Notes under the pieces: model-generated | Told to the model about the DNA's origin: nothing | Database searches by the model: none | Seen by the model: only the letters and a program-made list of their open reading frames with translations | Part shown: positions 1-10,661 of the stretch, in pieces | Position numbering within the stretch: position 1 is the first letter of the stretch | How the letters are laid out: the number at the start of each line of letters is the position of its first letter | Source of the DNA: Mytilus californianus | Lineage: Eukaryota | Direction: 5' to 3' | DNA: 64,000 bases | Assembly: GCF_021869535.1 (NCBI RefSeq) | Contig: NW_026262604.1 | Location: forward strand, 34,038,001 to 34,102,000 | Position numbers and translations under genes: made by a program

Positions 1-280
1 GTCAGAATGGGGACGTTAAATCCGATGCCTCGTGTAAAGAGAGTGCCACGCTCTTTGCACGTTAAGAACCCTTGCAACAACTCTTTGAGCGGTCCGTAGG
101 TGACCTGTTGCAAGGCTAAATTTCTGTCCCTATCCGATATACCCTCATTTCCCGTGGCAGTCTAAATTTCTCCGACCTTAATCCCTACCTATTGTATTTA
201 TTGTTAACTTGTTCTCGTCCTGAATATGCATGAAATATTTGCCACTGGACGTTAAGCAACCAACAATCAATCAATCAATC
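1..280 (+). mobile_element. SINE (AATC-tailed family), 3' part, cut by the window start
   Basis: Matches the other copies; ends GTTAAGCAACCAACAATCAATCAATCAATC. Confidence 0.9.
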
Positions 281-507
281 ATATTCAAATAGACTTCTAC
301 AGTAACTCATTTATGCATTTGTTATACAGACTTTCTAACTTTATTTAATTGTCAATTTTATTTATTAATCTTCATCATCACAATTAGTGAATAGATTTAT
401 CCAAATACTACTGTTTAAAAAAATGAAAATCACAGAACCGAATAGTGCTATCTAGGTTTTGTTCTTTTTTTTTACCGCGCAAAAGTCAGAAAAGAATTAA
501 AAACAAC

Positions 508-2282
508 ATGTTTATTATAATTGTTATCCTAGCTCTATCTATTGTTCAAGCCAACCACATCATCTTTGCTGTAAATAGCAAATGTACGAGACTTGGGCAC
601 TCTAATATTTACAAGTGCAGTGAATTAAAGAGTGAGACTTATTATGTTGTGAGTGAAGATGCAAGCAGGATTACATTCAAATGCTTTCGAAGCGACCTTA
701 TCATCCATATTGATCAAGATCAAAATCAAAATTTGCAGAGGATTGATGTACAGTATGGTGTTTGTCCAACAGTTATCACAAATGTAATAGACCTGGTTGT
801 GAAGGTGAACACACAAGATTGTGGAAAAGTACATTCTCATGATTTATGCCAAAAGTTATAAAAACCCACAACTTCATTTATAAACAGTAAAGTTAAGGAA
901 CATAAAGTTTTGAACAACCAAATTACAAAAAGACAGAACCAGAAATTAAACATGCTTAAAATAGACAAAACCTTAAAAAACTCAAGTCAAGATCATACAT
1001 ACAAATAGAGTAAAAGATATATTCATTCATAGAAGTTCAACAACAAAGAACGTATACATGATGTATAAAGAGGTGTTGAGGAGTTGTTTTAAATGTTTCT
1101 ATAATCCCCGTACAAGTCCAGTTTAACAGTCATTTTATAATGTATTTTTCAACATTGAGTTTTTATATTATATCACAATTTTGTAAAGGGATCATTTGCA
1201 ATGAATTTTAATATTTGTTTACAGGAAATTATTTTCACAACTACAACAACCACTCTAAAAAAGAAGACCACAGATGGGACAGTTTATACTACTAATACAC
1301 ATCAAAAACACGAATCATTTTCCGGTACCACAGATGCTTGCACAAACTGCCCCAATCAAGAAGAAATTATTTGGGGGCAGTTATCAACAAATATACAAAT
1401 AATCATTTACGCTGCAATAGGTAAGTACAGTAACATACACATACACATATATGTGGCACAATTTCTACAATGTGTAATATCATTGTAGACAAAGAATTGA
1501 TTTAATACTATACAACAAATTAGACAGTGAAAACAGAGGTCTACAAACCATTTTAAATACAACATAAAATTGAGAATGGAAATGGGGAATTGTCAAAGAG
1601 ACAACAACCCGACCATAGAGCAGACAACATGTATTAAACAACACAATAAAACATTTTTAAAAATGTATTTAGTGATTTGATTGATTCTTATACAGACTGT
1701 CCATTCTCTGAATGTAACAAAAAAAAAAAGATAAAAAGGAAAAGGAAAAAAAGAAAAAGTTACATTTATGTTGTTTTTATATTTTCATTTTCAAAAAAGT
1801 AAATTATATATTTTCTAACTTTTTTGCAGTATGTGCTCCATTATCCGTAATCATTCTCATAATAAGCTGCTGTTTGAAAAGTACTAAAGGAAGGAGATAT
1901 CTTTTGAATTGTCCCCGTGCTTTGTGTAGGGAGGAACAGGAGGTGACTCCCCTGGAAACCCCAATGCAAGGTTTTGGGTATGTCACAAGTGAAGAGTTTG
2001 ACGAGTCAATGTCATCAGTAGAAATCTAATTTATTTGTTTCTTTATGTGTGTGTGTGTTTTTTTAAGCCTATTTACTAAAACTCGTCATTGGACTAGATC
2101 AAGTACATATTCAACCACCATTGATTCACCAGCAAGCAGTCCAACTACAACAACCTACCCACCACCAACAACCAATCCAACAGGTTCAACAACAACCCAT
2201 TCATCAACAACAACCAAGGAGACATCACCAAATAAGGAGACAAAACCAAAGACATCACTACTATCTAAGACCGAGACATTAG
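508..2282 (+). CDS. Spliced type I membrane protein (signal peptide, Cys-rich ectodomain, Thr-rich stalk, TM) with two alternative terminal exons; probable Maverick cargo
   Basis: Exon 1 starts at ATG 508 (MFIIIVILALSIVQA) with a phase-0 GT at 805 or 829. Exon 2 is 1225-1420 (ttacag|GAA...ATA G|gtaagt). Phase-1 exon 3a, 1830-2029, reads VCAPLSVIILIISCCLKSTKGRR...SVEI*. Phase-1 exon 3b, 2068-2282, reads AYLLKLVIGLDQVHIQPP...HHYYLRPRH*. Confidence 0.65.
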
Positions 2283-2356
2283 TCGTCTATGAGCTAAGGC
2301 ATAGAGGAGCTGTTTTGTTGTGATGTGCTATTGTTCTATCAATATTCTAAATTATG

Positions 2357-2778
2357 ATTGATTGTTGGTTGCTTAACGTCCAGTGGCAAATTTTTCATGC
2401 ATATTCAGGACGAGAACAAAATTAACAATAAATACAATAGGTAGGTTCTGTAATAAGGGCGTCCGGGATTAAGGTCGGAGAAATTTGGACAACCACGGGA
2501 AAATTAGGGTATATTGGATAGGGACAGAAATTTAGCCTTGCAACAGGTCACCTACGGACCCCTCAAAGAGTTGTTGCAAAGGTTCTTAACGTGCAAAGAG
2601 CGTGGCACTCTCTTTACACGAGGCATCGGATTTAACGTCCCCATTCTGACCGGACGTGGCTGCAAATTTGTACATCCCCCACAGCCAAACGGACGCCCCA
2701 CTTTAGCAAGGGTTTTACTGCCGGTCGGAGGAAGACCAATGATGACCATACTTCTATACCCCAGTCACCCTTGGGGGT
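2357..2778 (-). mobile_element. SINE, full length
   Basis: TSD TTCTAAATTATG at 2345-2356 and 2779-2790. Confidence 0.92.
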
Positions 2779-3251
2779 TTCTAAATTATGTCATTAATAT
2801 AATTTTAGTCTATCTTAATTTAAGTAAAGAAACTTGTACCTCATATTGTCATCCATATATGTTACTTTAAGTTTGTATGTCTTTTGCTCACTACTGCTCT
2901 ATATGAATTTTAAAGTTCAAAATCTCCATCAATTTTTGCTCCAGGTGGTACAGAAGAAAACCTAGAAATAATTTAAGGACATTATGTATTGTTTACTTCT
3001 TTCCAGTTATGGTTAGCAATCATATACATTATACTTTATAATTCATGAAAATGGATATTTGAAACTCGCATTTCGTTATAAAATTTGAAAGCAGTTCAAC
3101 TATTTTTGACGTAAGCAACAATCCATATTATATATTTGTGTGTGTATACTGTAATTTATTCTGTTATGTGAATCGTTTTGAGTGGACTTATAAACCTTGA
3201 TACTTCGTGATAACATCTATGTAAATTACTATAAGCTTGTCCATCTTTTGA

Positions 3252-3672
3252 ATCCCTAAGAGTGACTGGGGTATAGAAGTATGGTCACCATTGGTCTTCC
3301 TCCGACCGGCAGTAAAACCCTTGCTAAAGTGGGGCGTCCGTTTGGCTGTGCGGGATGTACAAATTTGCAGCCACGTCCGGTCAGAATGGGGACGTTAATT
3401 CCGATGCCTCGTGTAAAGAGAGTGCCACGCTCTTTGCACGTTACGAACCCTTGCAACAACTCTCTGAGGGGTCCGTAGGTGACCTGTTGCAAGGCTAAAT
3501 TTCTGTCCCTATCCATATACCATAATTTCCCGTGGCAGTCTAAATTTATCAGACCTTAATCCCGGACGCCTTATTACAGAGCCTACCTAATGTATTTATT
3601 GTTAATTTGTTCTCGTCCTGAATATGCATGAAATATTTGCCACTGGACGTTAAGCAACCAACAATCAATCAA
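3252..3672 (+). mobile_element. SINE, full length
   Basis: TSD TCCATCTTTTGA at 3240-3251 and 3673-3684. Confidence 0.92.
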
Positions 3673-5715
3673 TCCATCTTTTGATCGTCTTTACTATATT
3701 TATATGAGTTCAAAATCAACATCATATTTTGCTCTTGGTGGTTGTAATTTATTTTGTTATGCAAGTTGTTTTGAGTGAACTTATAAACCTTGCTACTTCA
3801 TGACAACGTCCATGTAATTTACTATAAGCATGATAATTTTGTCATAGTTTGGTCACAACTGCTCTATATTTTATATTAGAGTTCAAAATCAACATCCAAT
3901 TTTGCTCTCGGTGGTACACATTAGGATAATCTTGAAATAATTAACTCCAAAGCACATTTTGCTTCGAGCAATACATGTACGTGTTATTTTTTTCTTATTA
4001 TATACAATTGTGGTTAACAAATACATTCGTAATACTAAATACTTCAAGAACATTTAACAATGGAACTGACATTTTAAACTTTTTTTAAAAAACATAACAT
4101 CTTTATATTCTTTTAATTTTCTTACACAAAAGCAGCATTCCTTATGTACATGTGTATATAGTGTTTTTTTTTATTTTATTGTGGGTTGAAGATAGGATTC
4201 TTGTGTTGTTACTTTACGTTTACAATTGTATAACGCCTTTTTATGATATTCTCAGTATTTACAATTATATAGTCCCCGTTCATGATAAACTCAGGAAAGT
4301 TCATCTTTTTATCTCTTTTTATAAGGATACCCCTCCCCCCTTTTTTTTACTTGGTTGTGAGAGTATTTAACATTTTTAATAGTATAGTAACCTAATATGC
4401 TAAGCAGCATTCCATATGCATGTATGTATGTGATTAGAAGAAAGACTAGTTTTGTTGTTCCTTCGAAGTTGACTATTATACAGTCCATTTTTTGTGATAT
4501 ACTTAAGAAAGTTCAACTCTTAATTTTCCTGTTATGATTCCATCCATTTTATTTTTTAATCTTATCAATTTTTTTTACACATTTTTACAGTACACCATCA
4601 ACATATTTTATTTTGCTTGATTGTTGGATCACTCAAACTATTTTGATATAAAATCTCGATATTCTTTAAATTTTCTCTTCACAAAAACAACATTCCATGT
4701 ATGTATATATCATATTTTACTTCGATTTTGAGATTGTTTTTTTTAATCATGAGAGTATGTTTTGTTTTTACTTTAAAGTTTAAAGTTGTAAAGTCCCTGT
4801 TTTATGATATACTCAAGAAAGCACGTATTTTAATTTTTGTCTATGATTAGACCCATATGAATATATGCATTTATGAACATTTCTTTGAATTTTACACCTT
4901 TTAAAGTAAGATACATAGAATCAGCAAAGATACAAACATTCCATCAACCTATTGGTTTTATTTTCTCAGGGAGAGTTATTGTTTAGAAACACTTTTTAAA
5001 GTATTTCATATAATGTTTTTTGTTTTTTTATACTATAGTGAATAAATAAAATCTATTGGAAGTAATCTTTTATTTTAAGGAACTCACTGACTACCAATAC
5101 CTTCTAAAATATCTCCATCTACTGTTGAGTCTACAAGGGAAAAACAAATTAAAAACAAATGGAAAATAGAACATTACTATTGACCATCGACCAACATGAC
5201 AAAAACTAATGATTGAGAAACAGCTTCGAAATGTTCGAAAGTGTATGCTTTGAAATACTGATAAACTGATGGTCACAAAAGGAAAGAAACATATTAAAAT
5301 GAAAGTCACACTACTCAACATTTCACACTACTAAAAATAATTAATGGAAATAACGTACATTATAAACCCACAACCAACATATGCAGATATGGGTGTATTT
5401 AACAAATCAAATGTCATAGTGCTTTCATATCTCAGTCAAAGGCTGATGTTACTCAATCCTTTTTTCTCTATCATGGAGTTATTATCATATAATTATCGAC
5501 CAATGACACAATTGTGAAAAAGATAAAACAAAAGATTGTGGCACAGCTTTGAAATGTCCAAAGGTGTGAGCTTATGGAAGCATCAGATGCTATAATGCTT
5601 CTATCATAACCATAGACCAATACCCCTCAATTACATTTTCTATAACATTGACTTTAATCAATATTTTTTTTATTCATATATGGAGGAGAACACTTACCAG
5701 GTAAGTTATCACGCT

Positions 5716-6063
5716 TCATGCAATCTGTAAATCTGAGACCCACGGAGTGGGAGGATCTCTATTTTGAGAAGGTGATTCAACATTGAAGCTTTCCCCTCCA
5801 TCTGAATCCGAAATTATGATGGGATTGTTTGGAGATCCCATTTCCACACAATCGACAATATTAAATGGCTTGTGAGTAATAAGTCCCCCATCATGAGAGG
5901 GCACATCATTGTCTGAGATGATAATGGGTTTTTTTGAAGTTCCTATTTTATCATCCGATGTAATTTCACTATTGTAATCACTGTCACCTAAGATTAAAAA
6001 TGATTGGAATTCTGCTGCATCCGGACTCATCATTATGGCGCTGTTTTGGGTAGTAGATTGCAT
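5716..6063 (-). CDS. Acidic Ser/Asp-rich protein with two SIM-like PIIISD motifs; probable Maverick accessory gene
   Basis: 115-aa ORF containing KKPIIISDNDV and NNPIIISDSDGGES; divergent from the 6661 gene across a TATA-containing spacer. Confidence 0.5.
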   Translation of the reverse strand: MQSTTQNSAIMMSPDAAEFQSFLILGDSDYNSEITSDDKIGTSKKPIIISDNDVPSHDGGLITHKPFNIVDCVEMGSPNNPIIISDSDGGESFNVESPSQNRDPPTPWVSDLQIA

Positions 6064-6660
6064 TTCACAAGATTATATATATAGTTGTTAATAATTCCTT
6101 CAGGAAATTGGACTAGTCATTAGAATTCATAATGGTTTGGAAGTTGATACTTGTCATGTATTGGGGCTATATATATATATGACTTATGATGTGATCTTAT
6201 TTAATCAACTGGATGTGTGTGTCCATAGTGTTTTATTTATGATAACTTGGTAGGGTTAAATATTCATCGCTGTGTATGAATGAATGGAATACATCTCAAA
6301 CATTGCAGCTACTATAAACACAAAAAAATAAAAAAAACTTCACAATTCTAACCCGTATGAAAGTTAAAAAAAAATAATAATAAGGAAGTAAATTGTCGAG
6401 GAATGGTAAAGTTTGGGTGTGATGAAACAAATCATATTACAAGTACTCGTGTAAAGATATCAACCAGTGAAAGTCTGATTTGAATAGTCAACACCGAAAA
6501 AAGGACGTAACCACTAAAATACTCATAATAGTACACCAATGAAAAAGTTTGTAATCACTCTGACAAAAAAGATTATGTTCTCAAACCAATATAAATACAG
6601 CCTCAAAAGTCAGTTATCTCAACCATTTCAAAAAAAAATAAAAAACAACCAACAAACAAC

Positions 6661-7254
6661 ATGAATGTGCTCACAACCATCACCAACGGTACTGCTATTT
6701 TGAGAATTAGTGGGACTTTTGGGGCGAGCAAGACTGTATCAATCAACAGTTTTGGCGGCATTACATATTTACATCTGAGGACGCCGAAGAAAAACTGGGC
6801 AGGGTGGAAAAGCTTCACCATGAGTGTCAGTGAATATAAAGAAATGATTAGGATGGTTAGCTCAGACCATCTTTCAAATATTGCCGAGAAGTTTGATGTT
6901 CAGGTAAGGTTTTGTTTTTTAATTCATGATAATTTTGGAGAAAATGGTTAAAAAGTTAACTCCATGTGGATTTCATACATGTTTCTCTGAAATTGTACTC
7001 TCTCAAAAAAATTTCATATACTAGATTGTTTTCATGTGTGATGTGTAACTCTTTGTTGCTAACATTAAACCATTTGATATTATATATTGTAGAACAGGAC
7101 AGAACGTGTGATCGAGGAGGCAGCGTTCAGAGCAGCAGGCAGTGGGGAAGACGAAGCGGAACCGTCAGTAGGGGTATCAGCGGAGACGTCCGAGCTGGTC
7201 CGAATGCCTCCAATGAAGAGGCTAAGGTCAGAAAAGAACCCCAAAATGGTTTAG
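6661..7254 (+). CDS. Spliced PC4-like ssDNA-binding protein (134 aa)
   Basis: Exon 6661-6903 (KTVSINSFGGITYLHLRT...KSFTMSVSEYKEM, PC4-like pattern) ends CAG|gtaagg in phase 0. Acceptor ttgtag|7093 gives an open acidic tail with PPMKRLR, then TAG at 7252-7254. Confidence 0.6.
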
Positions 7255-7664
7255 AATGTTTAAGAGTGTTCTGTCTGAAACAACGATGTATTAAAAGTAT
7301 TGGTCGCATCATATGTTTGGAATCGACATCACTATTAACTCGAGACATAATAATGAGTTTACCCTCTGTACTCTTGGATGAAATATACCAATCATTAGAT
7401 CTGGATTTATCAAATACAGCCATCGATGCTGTATTCATGTTACAGGAGGTAATCTCACAACGAACTTTCGAAATACCCAATGCATCTTTGTATCAGAGTT
7501 GTTGTTGTTCTGTCATACGGAAATGTGGATTTTTAACAAGTGAAGACATTTTATCTATGGTGGGAAAGATGAACTCTTCCGTTCTAAATGACCTCACAGA
7601 CATTTTTCAAAGTGAACATTGGTGTTCAATAATTTCTAACATTCAAGTTGAGAGAACTTTTTAA
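7093..7664 (+). CDS. Putative BC-box/Cul2-box (VHL-box-like) protein, overlapping the PC4-like exon 2 in another frame
   Basis: CLKQRCIKSI (7272-7301) fits L-x3-C-x3-I, followed by LPSVLLDEI (7359-7385). The start or upstream exon is uncertain. Confidence 0.45.
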
Positions 7665-10661
7665 TTGCTGTAAAGGAAAAAAATTGTTACTTTTTTGTTT
7701 ATTTTTTTTTCACATATTATTTATCTAATATGAATTCGGAATTTTGACTAAGCATATTGTATAGGTTTTTTTTTTGTTTGTTTCTTAGACAGAACACTTT
7801 TTTTTCATATGGATATATTGTCCTCATTTAAAAAAAAAGATCTTTATTCATTTATAAATCCTCATACATACGCATACATATTTTGTGTGTGTGTTTATGT
7901 TTTTGTTTTGGTTTTTTTGCTAAAAAAAAAAAGTAGAGATTTGTACAGTGTCCGAAGTCTAACATGTTCAAACTATTGTTCATCATATAGCGTTTAAAGC
8001 TGCACTTTTCACAACAACCATCTTTAGTTAATTTTTTTTTCTGCTCAAGGAAAATATTCATATGGTGTATTATTTATCAACTAAGTCCTTGATCTTAAAG
8101 TGTCCGAAAGCTAAGGTGTCCACACTATTGTCCATCACATAGCGTTTGTCGTCAAATGCGCTTAAAGCTACCTTGTTCACACTGACCATCTGTAATTTAT
8201 GCTTTCTAGATTGAATAAAATTTTGTTGACGTCTCACATTTTTCTGTTTAATGATACATTTAATGTAATTTGAATGTTTCAGTTCCCGTCTGACTACGGA
8301 TTTTACTATTCCTTTGGCTCTCTTTTGTTCGACATCTCCATATGTCAAAGAATACATTTTGCTCCTCAAACCAACAAATTGTTTGATGGGCACACCTCCA
8401 GTTTCATCCTTGAATAGCCCCGGTTTCTTTGCATAGGTCTTGTCGAAGAGAAAATGGTTCTTGTCATAGTTTGAAAAATCAAACAAATGTTTATCTTTTT
8501 CCATGTCTGAGTATATGTCTTTTGTTTTTACATGATAAAGAAAGGAGTCTGTATCCGTCATCATCAATTTAATGTCTTTACCATACTTAGGAATAACATA
8601 ATTATAGTGGTATTTATACATTATACACTTTGAAAGTTCAAGCACTGACAAACCGATTGCGATTGGCTTATTCAATTTCAACACAACTTTTTTACACTGA
8701 ACACCCACGAGGTCTTTGGTGAAAATTTCACATCTCACAAAAGATGATTTGGCCACCTGCTTCAACACTTTTTTCTTAGTGTGTATGAGTTGTACATCTA
8801 CTCTCTTTCGGACGTTCCCAATCGTCTTCCCAAAAACCGCATTATTCATTAATTTATAGAACGATTTTTCAAAATCTCCTTTGGCAGACTTACGTCTTTG
8901 TGTATTTAACTCAATATATTCACGTAGAAATGGTGACTGAGAAAATTCTAACACTTGATGAACCCTGTTCAACTTCATACCAAGTTGTAAATACAATTGA
9001 AGATTTCGGTAGTGGCATACATATCTTCTTTTGTTTTCTAATGTACACAATAATTTATTCGTTTTTATCCTCGATCGACCTTTTAAATGACCTTTCTGCT
9101 TTGATGGATTCAACTTGTTCCATAGCTTTTGACTATATGGAGACAATATTTCATCGGACACCGATTTACTTTCTGGTGCCAGTGGATAGTCCGAATGCAA
9201 ATTATGAAGTTCAGTCGGGTAGTCCAAGTCCACCTCCAATATAAAGCCTTCATCATTACATTCTCCCACATTCATTATGTTTAAGTTATTACGTTCATAC
9301 TCATTCAAGAACTTAAAATCTCCAGTTGGAAGTGGCATACTAAGAGCGAGACCATACAAATTGTTACAGTCTTGATAAATTAGGTATGAACTCTCCTTTT
9401 CATGATCATATGTATTTCTAAGGTGTTTGTTGTTTGCAGTGGCCAGTCTATTGGAAATTTATGAAATACCACCACGCAAACCTGATTCAATAAAGAGATA
9501 GGCCTCTGCATTGTCCTCGGTGATTAGTTCCAATTTACAACCAGACAATTTCAATGCAGCACTCCATGCCAGACCGGGGCAAGTATAAAAATGGGACGGA
9601 TCTAGACCATAAGTTTCCATGCATTGATTTCGAAATCTTTCAAAAACACCATTTAAAAGTAGCACATCCGACTTCAGGTATAAGTCATGATAGGAGCCCA
9701 TATCATCAATTCCGAAAGCGTCCCAAACTTTCTTAACATGTTCATAATCCTCATCAGTGAGATGGCTTTTTGTCAAATCATCGTAGAAAGCATCTTTTGG
9801 AGGTAGACAATTCATGGAAAATTTTTCTTCCTTGTCCATGTATGAATAGGGGTACACACCCTTTCGTAACAAAAGTGATCGCCGTTCATTTGAGGGAAAT
9901 TATCTAATCAATGCTTTGAAATGTTTAGGATCTTCTTTTGCCAAATCGTCCACAAGATGGGATAAACTACTCGGCAAACACTGATAACTGTCCACAAATC
10001 TAAGAGACCCCAGAGAAAACGACACATACCTTTCCATGTTGTTAGGAATACAATTAATCTTTTTACCCTTAAAAAGTCCCACACCCTGCATCAGAAGGTG
10101 GCTGTCAAACCCCCGAAGGTTATGAAAATAAACGGGGATGTAATCTGGATGTTGAAAGTTCAGATTACATGAATTATGTGCAGCCCCTCTATATTTTCCT
10201 GAAATGTGCGAGTGGTCTCGAACTTAAATCGAGGATTGTTCAAATGATTTGCTACATATGTGACAGTTAGTGCTCTCCCTAAATGTCTGCTCGTCTTCTG
10301 GTGTCATTTGTAGTGGTTCTATTTTATCGAGAACATGTTTAATATATTTCTCTTCTTCGAATAGGTTTTCAAGTAAGCGCTTACATGCATTCAGTCCCCT
10401 GTAGAAGACCGGTGCCTTTGAATATTGCTCGGTCTCACACACTACTTGATAACCATAACCACAGGCTTCGTAATTGGTAGTCGCCGTTGAACTAGGTTGA
10501 TTTGGGTTGGGATAACATGTGTCAAGCGAACAGGCAAATGCTTCAAAATCACAGTAAATGACAAATGGGACTCTCATCTGTTTTGAATAATCATCAAATT
10601 CGACTATGTCTTCTCCGCTATCCTTAACTGGAAACTCTGCATGTTGGGCATCATGCTTTGA

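Noticed and set aside
2514-2870. Recurrent ORFs MDRDRNLALQQVTYGP... and MVTIGLPPTG... (also at 3256, 15820, 24618, 27699, 35636 and 51357)
   Set aside because: They are incidental frames of the SINE on both strands, with variable ends and no protein motif.
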